A DNA stretch of 63,860 nt, the filler included, from Atractiella rhizophila (Eukaryota), in NCBI GenBank assembly GCA_021432655.1. It is 3 parts of 3 records of this genome, joined end to end, with 100 filler letters (N's around TTAATTAATTAA, not from the genome) between each part and the next. Parts side by side here need not be neighbours in the genome. Positions count along the whole stretch, not along the records: positions 25,355 to 50,527 come from MU271779.1; 2 more parts are not named here. One strand, given 5' to 3'. Shown piece after piece: positions 25,355-37,055 of this stretch. The translations under genes were made by a program, and so were the position numbers. The notes under the pieces were generated by a model. That model was given only the letters and a program-made list of their open reading frames with translations, searched no databases and was not told the DNA's origin. The stretch's first letter is position 1. The number at the start of each line of letters is the position of its first letter.

Positions 25355-25687
25355 TGTCTGCATCAAATGTTGAATGACCCCTTCATCTGGAAGACCCCCG
25401 TTTTTGTCGTTGATCTTAAAGCTAATTTGGCGACATGAGACTATGACAGGTGAGTGGACGACAGTATTCAAAAAGTAAGTCGAAACATCCTCAAATGGAA
25501 TAACGAGATTCCCCGATCTACAACGTGATCCATTCTTGCCGCGATTAGGGAACAAGGTCACCTTGAAGTTTACGGGAGGTCCTGGGCGAATAGAACGACA
25601 AGCCTCGCTGTGAAGCACTGGTGCAATTTGGCGGATGACTCCGTGCTCGTTTGCGCTGTTAGGAATGTTGTACATGAAAATGTTCAT
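25355..25687 (-). CDS. N-terminus of a cellular (RNAi-type) RNA-dependent RNA polymerase, truncated by the spacer
   Basis: MNIFMYNIPNSANEHGVIRQIAPVLHS...PVNFKVTLF...SGNLVIP...FL...RQISF resembles the RRM-like N-terminus of basidiomycete RdRPs. The catalytic part is not in the window. Confidence 0.6.
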
Positions 25688-27698
25688 GTCGGTGCAAGCA
25701 GCAGGTGTAGCCTGAACAGGCAGGCTGTGAAGCAAAGGTCGCTCCTTTTATTATCTTGCGGGACTTCGACGACGCAACAGACGTGAAGTCCAAATTGTGA
25801 TGATGTGGCGGTCCGTGTGTCTGCAGACGCGACAACAGATGCAGAACGAATGTATTTGCCAAATTAATGCTCCTTTAACCATGATCGGAACCGGTGTGAG
25901 CATGAATCTTTGTTGTGTATAAACCACCGCGAACGGGTGCAACGGTGTCGATGAAGGAAGGGTAGGACGGTCGACACCTTTAGTTACGCTAATGACAGAT
26001 CAACGGCAGCAGGGATCTTACACATGTACACGTCCTTACTCCTACCAAAGTCTGTCCACCTCCTAGTAATCGCTCCGTCGACTCCAGATAATGTAGATAG
26101 TGTCATCCGTCACAGAACCTGTAGAGGATGAAAGGCGGAGGCCAGTTAGGATGTCAGTGAGGAAGCTAGTCGGGCGAGGCGTGTAGTCTGAATCCGTGTT
26201 CGTAGTATTCTTAGACGCGTTTACGGAGAGGAATACGTTATTGCTTGCGGTGGTGGTGGTTGGCTGCGTTCATGGGTGGAGGAAGTGTAGATGACACACG
26301 TGAAGAGCGGTTGTTGTAGGGTACAGGGAGGGGACGGCGCGAATGAAGACCAACCAATCAAGCAAACAGAGGAGTCAAGAGAGATGGTTGGCGTTTCGGA
26401 GAGTGTCGAAAGCTTCGGGGAAGTTGTAGATGTAGGCATGTCAATACCAGGCAAAGTTGAGAAAGTCGAAACAGAAATCGGGCGAGGAAGCCGCTTGCAC
26501 AGTTGAAGCAGAATGAGTGAGAGGCAGAGTACGAAGACGGCGTATACACACAAGTTGGTTTGGTGGAACAGGCGAGTTGGAAGAAGTCGAAGCTAAGGAC
26601 AGCGGGCTGTCGCAAAGGATGTTCCTGCTGGAGAAAGTTTCACTTGAAAACGTAGGCTGCTAGACGGGGCTGTTGGCGTGGAATCTGATCTGCGGAAGAG
26701 CGCCTTGCAGCAGGACGCGGCGTTGCTGGGAACTGATGTTGCTGTAGAATCTGGCCCTGAATCTGGACATAATTTTGCACATACATCTGGTCATTGAGCA
26801 GACCAAGGCAAAGGCTCTACACTACCATCTTACTGGTTCTTGGATCTGAGAAGAGGAATCTAGAGGGATCGCGGGTATCAGCAATCAAATGAATCCAAGT
26901 ACTAGCGAATACTGGACTGCTTTTGAGGCCAGCCTATGCGTTGGAGGAGCTTGCATCCCACATCCCCCTTTTCGAGCCAAGCAGGAACGCTCAAGGAGCC
27001 GGACTGCCAGAACATGGAATTTCAAGTAGGAAAGAGAATTCACCAACCCACTTCTCTCTTAACAGAATCCTCTCTCACATCTCGCAATACAGCTTCTCCC
27101 AGATTTTCGGTCCAATTCAAAGGGGAAAATGGAAAGACACGACGCATGTTATACCTTTTATTTCCTTCAACATCAAGTTGAAGCTGAGTTCTACCACATC
27201 AATGCCAAATATCAAATTCAGAGTTCAACTTGATTGTAGCTCTCGTGCAAGTATATGTAAAAGCATTGGTGCAATGTATATTGGTGGCCACTCAATGCAG
27301 AGCAGAGAAGGAGCATCCGAGGACGAAAGACTGCGGATAACGAAAATTCACATTACTGCATTGTAACCACGAAATCAGCAAAGTGCAGAGCGTCAACCGA
27401 TATCAAAAGTTAAAGTAGAAAGAAGGTCCATCTCCGACATCACCTCACGCAATCAGTCGATAACTTGTTCGATATGTGATAGTCAGTAGGAAAGAATTGA
27501 AAGATGCTGGGACATCTAACGTGCAGAGAAACATACAAGCGAATAGTCAAGAGAGTCCGTTTCATAGGTAGCGTGAGAGGGTTGTTAATTTATTCAGACA
27601 TGAGGGAAGTTTGACGACGACATTAAAGATGTGGGGCCTTCTATTTTGCATTCCAAGATTGAAACAGGAGAAAGTGTCCTTGAATCACCCTTTGGTAC

Positions 27699-30600
27699 TT
27701 AAAGCGACTGTGAAGCACACTCAGTTTCATTCAGCACTTCCATTTTTCGAGAAACACTCACCGTGCAGAAAGAACAGTTGTTGAGGTTCACACTGTCTTT
27801 GAAGACGAGCTATGCAGTTCGTCAGCGAAATTCCACCACCAAGGTGCCGATCTTACCGGAACAATGATCAAGGCCGCGAAGGCAGCAATAACCGCCACAT
27901 AAAGTGCACCGTATTTGAGAATGGTTTTCCGTCTTTGAGCGCGTTGCTTGACTGTAAGCCATAGTTTATGAGCAACGATTCCCTGATGCAAGATTAGAAC
28001 CTACAGCTGTAAATGGGGGCTCGGATCTGCTTAGACGGCCTAAGCCAGAAGAGCATAGTCGAGTGAATCGTGTCGATGTAAGGGATAATGAGAGGCACTG
28101 AGAGGAAAAAGAGCAGGAGGTGACAGGCAAGGAAGTCGGCAGCGAACAACGACATCTCGATGATCTTCACGGAGTATTCTCGGAATGGAGCTGATCCTCC
28201 CATTCCCCTTCCGTACCATTTTCCAGTCCACCAAGCTCTGTTGGCTTCGTCATGTTTCATCTCCCGACTAAGGAAAGTTGCGATGTAGATCTTGAACAAA
28301 GCCCTTTGGACGGCGACAACAGCAATCAATCCGAGCACTGTGGGAAAATGAGTAAGGTCCAACTGGCAAAAGTGAATGTGTACCTGCGTGGCTGACGTTC
28401 CACAATTCGATCAGCCATAGGAACTCGAAGAACACGATAAATCCAACAACGCTTCCAAAGTGTGCCAGTCCGGCCATGACCCCTCCAAAATTTCCGCAGC
28501 ATCCAGCCAGCGCAGGTCCAGCAAACTGTCACCTCTTTAGCAAGAGTCGAGAGTAAGAATAGAGAGCTTACGCTGGAAACCAGGAAGAGGATAAGGAGAA
28601 GTGCAGCATTGAAGACGATGGGACCAAGAGCAATGACCAAAATCCTGACTAGACCATTGGCTTTACCATCAAAGGATTTGACAAACAGATAGTTGATCAC
28701 AAGGATAACAGCGATGAAGGTCGGAGCGATGATTTCAGCGACAACTCTTCCTCTCCATCCAGCTCGTGGAACGTCAGTGGTCAACTTCTCAGAAGGGTGT
28801 CCAAGCTTCTTCTTCTTGTAACCGGTGACTTGAGTCCTCGACAAGCGGCAGTAACCAATCCAGGAGTTCTTGTGTGCACGAAGCGACTTGGAATTTCCAC
28901 GGGACATCCATCGAAGGAATTCACGGTAGTCGATGAAGAAATCGCCACGGGAGAACTGATGAGGATTGAAAAAGAATGGTGCGAGGCAGAACGCGAGTGC
29001 GGAGATCCAGAAGTAAATGAGATGAGGGCTAAGTCTCTCGTTAGCATGTTCTGCAAAAAGTCAGAAAAGGGATCACGTACATCCAGATGGTCAAGGTCAC
29101 ATAAAGCAGCATCACAAGCGTCCTCAATCCGAGATAGATTGATGGTCCAGCGAATCGAGAGTAGAGAAGCCCAAAGTTGATCCTGGTCGTAGCGAAGCCT
29201 CGTCCAGTGGCAATATACCTTGCACCACCATATTCTAAATTGGTCAAGATGGAGTGTGCCTGAATCTGGGTGCTAAAGACTTCGAAGATGGGAGAACCAG
29301 AGAAAAACTGTTTCCCGAATCGAATGAGAGCGCGGACGACACCACGTTCCGTTAACTCCTGGAGGAGAAGCGGGAGGAAGGCAATGAGGAACACGACGAA
29401 TATCGAGATGATACAACGCTTGATCCAGTCGAATACAGGGACGAGGTTATGGCAAGGTCGAGGACCGAGGAAGACTCCATTAGGGCCATACTTGCAAATT
29501 ACAAGTTCTTCGTTCATGGTTCCAAGGAAGAGAAGGACAAAAACGAAAAGCTGAATGGCAAAGATGACGAAGATGTTGTTGATCTGGAAACCGGGATGAC
29601 CGTAATAGAAGGTGAGGAAGCGGTCGATAGGCAGTTGCGTTCCGAGATAATAGTACTCCCTCGAAAGTGTCTGTTCTCCCATACCCGTCCCAATCTTGGT
29701 CTGGAAGTTTAAGATTGTTCCGAATCCCAAGTCCCTCCCTTTACCGCATTGATAATATTCCGTATGCTTAATCCTTCCACCTCTGCCGATCGCATTCATA
29801 CCAGCGTAGATATCCTCGTTCAGATGCAGACCCTTTTGTGCCTTCGAAACCCCACCACGCGTCGTCATGTAGATGGCGTTCAAGAAATCAGGATGACCGT
29901 AATGCAACTTTCCGCCAATGTAAGCCATATTCCTAGCTGCGAGAGTACCAAAAGTCTGTTCCTTTCCAGCAGCCACGTCTCCCAGAATACCGATATTCTC
30001 AGAAAAGATATATTCCCTAGCTCCGACAATAGCCACTGGAGAGAACTTGGCCTGCTGCTTTCTAGCCTCAGGATCGTAAGGATCGACATTGGGGACCTTG
30101 AGCTCTTCGAATTCTCCAAGGATGTTTCGAATCTTGAGGCATTCTTCGAGGTAATTGTCCTGATTCGCATCGACGAGTTGGAGGTATTCACCCCGGTGGA
30201 AGATGATGGCGTGATTCTGGTTATCGCTCTTTCCGTCACCAAGGATCGGATTACCTGGCAACTCGATCCTGAACTTGGGTCTCCTCTTTCCATTCTCCAT
30301 AACTTCACAGTGTCCATCAATGAGCGCGCTGAAGATCCTCGGCTCTCCTCCCTCCTTCCGTGGTGCATCAAAATCGAGGTAAGCGATCTGAAGGTCCGGG
30401 TAAGCTCGTAACAAGAATTCGACATTGTCCTTCTCCTCCTGGCTGAACTTGGAATACCGCTGCATCGACACCACGAACTTGAACTTCCTCCTAGCGACCC
30501 GCTCCAATTCCCTTTCCAATAACTCAGTGTTACCTCCAAGCGATTGCACAACCTCCGGATTCTCAACGCGGTAAAGCAACTTGATGGCCTTGCTGTAATT

Positions 30601-33559
30601 CATGAACCCAGAAACCGTCCTATAGAGCGTCTGAGCCCTCAAACTAGCCCAAATCCTCGTTCTCAAGGTATACTCTGGCGCTGCACTCTTAAATCCGATG
30701 GTATAGAAAGGAATGTCGTCCGTCTTCTTCGAGTCCGCCTTCTCGTCACCAAACCCATACCCGGCGGCTGCGACTTCGCTCTCCTCCGCAAGGATCTTAG
30801 TATCTCTCACAAAATTATCCCATTCGACAGGATGGAGCTGCTTCATATATTCCAGGAGGGTGACGCGCGTATTCTGATCTTCTTCCCTAATAATCTCGCG
30901 AAGGGAGAGGAGGATCTTCTCGCTGTAGTGCGGCGTCAGGACGGTGAAGGTGGGCATGGCGTCGATGGGGAGCGATTCGGGAATGGCGGTCGTGAGCGAT
31001 TGGGCGAAGAACGAGATCCTGCGCTCTGCCTCTGAACCTTGAGGGAAGAATTCGGCTTTGGTGGCACGATCTCCTTGGGCGATGAAGAACTGAGGAGCGC
31101 GGAGGGAACGCTTGCCGTTGTCGTCAGGCACTTGGTGCTGTCACATCCATTCAACACATCAGCCTTCGTTCTTAGTATACGAGGGGGAAGAAGGAGGATG
31201 ACTGACGTAGAGTAAATGTTGTACGTGTTCGATACTCAACAAATGTTCACGATACATCGAGATGATAATCGCATTCCAAATTTGGCTGACAAGGACCTTG
31301 GGCTTGTACTTGACTTCCATTCCGTCCGTAGCGAGCAGCTTCGAAAAGATCCTCTTTGGCAACCTGGCGTAGATGTCGACCCAAGGAGTCCAGATGGAGA
31401 GTCCAAGGTGGAAGGAGCGAGCGACCGAGAAGACTGTGTTCCAGATGATCCACCAGAGAAAGGTATCGAGGAAGAAGAGGATCAGATCCATGACGAACAT
31501 AGCGGCAAGGGTGAAATAAGCCTGATTCTTGCAAAGCGCACCGCCAAATACTTTATCGTCGCAATTCGTCACCTCCTTAGTCACCAAAGCGGCGATGGGA
31601 TTCTTGAACGAGAGGGTCAAGAAGAAATAAGATTCTGTGAACTTGCATCCGAAGACGAGGATCCAAAGTGCGACGGAAGTGAGTCTCGCATTCCTAGTCA
31701 GGTGGGGATACGAAGCAGTGAAGGTCTGGTTGGCGAGATACTTCCTATTCTTTCCTGCGACCCGGTCCCCAAACATTCTTCCGGATGGCACGATGGTATA
31801 GAGCGCCACGGCAGCGGCGGAGACTCCGAACTGGGCGATTCCGACGATGAGCGCAGTATTAGAAGTTTGGTTGTTGGCAACGTAGATCGTAGGTCCGGCA
31901 GTGAGGGCAAGGATGACGATGAGGAACAATCCTCTCCTCAACAAGTGACTGGTATTGTTCCACGTCTTTGGAACGTATCCGTACTCGGCCACCGTGGCCG
32001 CCAACTGGATGAGGGTAGCAACTGCACCACCGAGCGCCACGACGGACCAGGTCATGGCCGTGTGAGGGGGGACGGAGGAAGAGTGTCCGGGAGAGTAAAT
32101 TGTGGGCGAGTTGAAGGAGGTGAAGAACCAGAAGAAGGAGATGTGGATCACCCAGATTCGATTGAAGTTGACTAAAAGGTGGAAGAAGGAACGACGTTCG
32201 TAGTAAGTCTTGAAACAGGCGCGGGACCAGTCGATCTTGTCAAATTTCATGAATCGCTGGGTGGGAGGATAGTCGATCAAACGGGACTATTCATTCGTAG
32301 GTATTAGCATCGTCTTTGGGCAGAAAAAAAGAATAGCTCACTTTGTCTGTAAGGACGATCCTGGCGATTCCTTCCGGGTACCAGAAAAGTTGATTCACAT
32401 CATCATACCCTACAATATCCTGATGGTCCCTCTCCCTCCTGTAGAACTCTCCACCCATCCCAACCTCGTAACCTTGATCCCTCAGATACCTATAGAGGGG
32501 TCTGACGACCGCTCGAAGGTACAAACCCTCAGGGACGTCTTCCCTCCTCCCCTGGCACTCCGGACTGCGATAATAATCGTCTGCGCACTTGAAGACGAAG
32601 CAGAGACATTCGGGCATGAACCTCAACTGTGCAGACTCTCCCCAGAGCAGGAGGTAGAGTGCTACCTGTCGAACGCGATCGTAGGAAGACATTTGAGCCA
32701 TCGCTTGTGTCCAGCGAGCATGTGCACCGTCGAGTGACTTTTGAGCGGACGAAAGAACGCCTTTTTTGCGACCCGAGGCCCCGCCGTTGGTGGCACCGAC
32801 TACATCGTCGAGGTCGAGCTGGGCGGCGAAGTACCTTCACCCACCAAGTCATCACTTCTCTGCTACCCAAAGATATACTGGAGCGAGAAGGACGAACCAT
32901 TTCCTGTAATTGGCGTGTTCTCCACCGATGTAATCTGCATGTAAACTGCAGAGCGCTCTCTCTTGTGACATCCTGCTCGCTCTCGAATCGAGGAGATGCA
33001 TGAAATGATCATACATGTTCCTCATACTGTCCTTCTGAAACCCAAATTTTCCCGTCAAATCCACAAAAACATCCTCCACATCCTCCTTCGTGACGGGTAC
33101 CCCCTCTCCCGTCCAATTAGGATACGGTTCCCTCAACCTCGCAAACGGGTCTCCCGCAGCCATGGAAGGGGTCGAGAGGACGGATTCCCGTCCCTGCCAA
33201 CCACGGAAAGAAGGCTGCGGGTACCCAAGACTGTCCTCAGAAGGAGCATAGGGGATCTTTCCCGAGGTCGGAGTGGGCGCGGCTGACTCGTGGCCGACGA
33301 GGGTGCCCCCTGCTGAGGAAGCGTACGCTTGGTGCATGTGCGGCCGTTGCTGTGGGGATTGGAATTCGGAGCTGCCGGGAGGCGAATCGTCCCTGTAGAT
33401 GTCGGTGGAGGCCATGGAGTGGTGTGATTGCGAGCCGGGGGGTGAACCGTACCCTGTCGTGGTAAGATAGTGCATTGATTGCGTATGAACGTCAGTGTGA
33501 TTCTAATATTGGGGTGCTGGAAATAGAGACTCACCTGAAGGGTAAGGCTGTTGGGACAT
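27699..33559 (-). CDS. FKS1: 1,3-beta-glucan synthase catalytic subunit (GT48)
   Basis: [99 protein letters not shown]. The final exon is 9 nt (SL*). Confidence 0.98.
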
Positions 33560-33806
33560 GGTGATATCCCCTGAGAACGCTGCTAAAGCGAGGGAGGCTG
33601 GAAGAAAAAAGAGAGGTGGTCGTTCTTGGAGCGCGGAGGGGCCAAGGCAAGTAACGCGAACTAACAGCAAATCCACTTGTTCGACAACGGCTTGTCGGAG
33701 CTCATCAACTACACTCATCATCTCCCCCAATATTCATCTCACTCATTCACAACAATATCATTCGGAGCATCACACTGGCAGGTTTGGCTCACGCATAGGA
33801 AGGAGG

Positions 33807-36800
33807 ATGAACACGCTCGTTAACACTCTCACCCTCTCATCTCACTCGCACTCAATCTCTTCGGGCCACTCAGCGTCCAGGGAGCGGTCAAGAAGATTCA
33901 TAGGACGGGAAGGTACTTGTTCGACGAGGATGGACAGAGGTTTTACATCAAGGTCTGTTACTCTTAGCACCACTTGGGCCAATCGCATTGGGTGCTTTCA
34001 TATCCTCATTCATGAGATGCTCTGAGTTTCTTCCTCGTTGTCAGTCCCTACGGAGCTATCCTCAGGAGTTGTCCGCCTTGTCGTCGATCTAAAGAACTTG
34101 ACGCCGAGGCCAACAAATTCCTCTCCTGTGCTTTCTGCATCCTGCTTTCTTTTGCGTATCAAAACCGTATCTCCATTTCATGTCGTCATTTGGACCTGAG
34201 CGGATATGAGGATGGAAGAGAAGATCCTCTACGGGACTTGAGAGTGATGTCCCTTCTCGACTACCCCTATGACTGTAGACGTAGTATCGAGAGTGGTCTT
34301 CTGAAGGAAAACAGCTGTTGAGCTTTGAACTTCTCGATTGTACTGTTAGGATGTCACCAAAGTGAAAATTGTCGCTGTCTTGTTGAGTGTGACAAGAGAC
34401 TACCGGGGAGGTTGAGAGTTTTCTTTTCTTTGACTTTTCGAATGCAAGGTAGCATAGGTGAGGATATAATCAAGGATACTCTCAGACCGCTTTCCTATAC
34501 TTTGAGGCAAGTTGTTACCTTGCAAACGTCACACTTCCTCTTTTCTGTCATCGCGTGTGCTCCTTCATTTCAGGCCGTTATGGTTCACTTGGCTTAGCGG
34601 AATATGATTAGATGTCTGATTTTCTTTCCCACCACTCAACTTGTTTCCGCCTCACGAAGGATACCTAGTTTCAATAAACGATATGTACTAATTCATATTT
34701 TGAATGCAGGGCCTAGCGTATCAGGAACCAGGAACCATTCCCGCAGACCAACAGGGTTTCCCCGAGGTGAGCAATCCCATAAACTTGTGCGATGGAGCTA
34801 AAATACGATGTAGCCAACGGACTACGTCGACCCTCTCGCCGATATTACCGCTTGCGAAAGGGACATCAAGAACTTCGTGAAGCTGGGAATCAACACCATT
34901 CGAGTCTACAACGTCAATCCTCAAGCTGATCACAAGGCTTGCATGAATGCTCTTGAGGATGATGGCATATATGTCATTTCTGGTAGGTCAACTACACCGT
35001 GCATCGAGTCCCGCGCTAATTGGGTCATGCTTAGACCTTGGACTGCCTCTGAATGGAAGCATCAATCGTGCGAGCCCGAGCGTAAGCTTCTTTTTGAGAT
35101 ACATGACGTCCAGCTTACGCGAGGAACAAGTGGGATACGGCTCGTATGTCCCTTGGCGCGAAAGATTGAGAGGAAATAATATTCTTTTTTCAGTTTATAC
35201 GCAATTCACGTCGACGATCGACAACTTGAATCAGTACCCGAATTTGCTGGCAGTTAACATCGGCAATGAAGTCGTTACCGCACCAGAAGGCAAGCTTCTA
35301 TTTTCCCCTTTCGCTACTGACTAACATAGAAAACACAGAGACCAGTACGCCACTACATCTCCTTCTCAACACCTGAACTGAAATTGACTGCTTCAGTTGC
35401 TGGCCCATATCTCAAGGTTTGTCTCATACAGCTCACCTTATTAGCCGATGACTGATTTCTATGGTGATCAGGCCATTGTCCGAGACATCAAGGCCTACAT
35501 CAAAAGCATCAACTCGAATGTCCTAGTAGGATACGCTGCTGGTGCGTCTTTAATCCACCTAGCCTCCGCCAGCTGATGTTCGCTTTGTAGTTGATAAGAA
35601 CGCTGGAGCGAATGGATTCAGAGATCGCCTGTCTTCTCTCTTGACTTGCGATACCGAAGAGACGTCGCTTGACATCTACGGTCGGTTCAGCGACCTCCTC
35701 TTGGAGCCAATTGTCCTCATTATCTATTAGGTCTAAACACTTATAGGTGGTGTGGAGATAAGACATACAACAATAGCGGTTATGATAGTATCACGTACGT
35801 TTTGCTGCAACCCCTCAGCGACGTTGATGGACGTCCCCTTTTCCAGGGAAGAACACCTGAACCTGCCCGTTCCAGCATACCTTTCAGGCAAGTTTTAAGC
35901 ATGCTTTGCAAGAGAAGGACTGCTGAACAAAAGCTTTCCAGAAATTGGATGTGCCACGGATCCACCACGGCTGTGGACAGAAACCCAGGCCGTGACCAGC
36001 AACCCTATGGCTGAAATTTTCTCAGGTTTCGTCGCCTTCGAGTACTTCGCAGACGATGTGGACGAAGGTCAAGATTTCTGCACCCATGTGTGGCAGGCAG
36101 TATTGATACGGTGTTGTAGGTATGACGAAGGCACTTACCAATCCAGATGGGGCCATCACGACAACCGACGATTTTGACAGGCTCGCAACTCAGATCGCAA
36201 CTGGGACAGTGGCTAATCCACCATCTGTGGCAGAATCAAGCGCAACCAACCTTCCCCTTCAGGCCTGCCCAACCAAGAATGAGAACTGGATTGCCTCGAA
36301 CGAGATTCCTCCGAGCCCCGACCTCTCTATTAGTGCATGCTTGGTTGAGAATACCTTCTCGTCAAGGTTTTTATTTGCAGGCTATTCCTTATTGACTTGA
36401 TTGTTTTAGCTGCGTCGTCAGACCTTCAACTAACCCGATCATCGTCGGGGAGCTTATCGACTATGTCTGCCAGCAGCAAGGTGTCACTTGTGCAGACATC
36501 GCAGGTAATGCGACGACGGGAGTATATGGCAAAGGTAAACTTCACATCCCTCATCACTTCAGTCCCCGACTAACAAGAGTTTGACAGTGTCCTGGCTGTC
36601 ACCTCAAGATAAACTCTCCTACCTCTTCACCCAATACTATGAAGGGCAGAAAAGAGCTGCAGATGCCTGCGACTTTTCCGGCAACGCTACAGCAGTCGCT
36701 TCCATCTCGTCCCCAGTCACCGCCGCTCAAGAATCCTGCCTTGCGAAGACCAGCACAGCAGGTGGAAGTAACTCGAGCTCTTCAAGCGGGTCCAACGCTA

Positions 36801-36895
36801 GGAGCAACAACGATGACTCGGCTGCTTCATCTATCTTTTCTGTCTTTACTACGTTGCCTGCGATGCTTTTCACTTTAGCCCTGCTCTTTTTCTAG
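33807..36895 (+). CDS. GAS1: GH72 1,3-beta-glucanosyltransferase with X8/CBM43 domain and GPI signal (1-nt frameshift in the signal-peptide region)
   Basis: Exon 1 ends VKKIHRTGRYLFDEDGQRFYIK and joins GLAYQE across a 757-nt intron. Also DPLAD, LGINTIRVY, catalytic IGNEV and YLSEIGC, a Cys-rich X8 domain, a Ser-rich tail and a hydrophobic C-terminus. Confidence 0.92.
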
Positions 36896-37055
36896 AGCGT
36901 TTTTTGTAGTATTTATATTTATAGCTTCTTGAGGCAATGCATTTCGATTTTCGCAAATAGAATGGAGGCGGAAGCTGAAGAACCCTTGCGTTTACTTTGC
37001 GACGAGCGACACAATCCTGGCAATGCTTCCTCGCATTATTCAGTTATAAGAAAAA

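Noticed and set aside
25700..27400. Ser/Thr/Pro-rich short ORFs between the RdRP fragment and FKS1
   Set aside because: Stops in all frames and no consistent splice model or domain; possibly decayed sequence, but not supportable.
29749..32175. Long plus-strand ORFs (220, 163 and 319 aa) opposite FKS1
   Set aside because: Antisense shadows of a strongly codon-biased gene, with no recognisable motifs.
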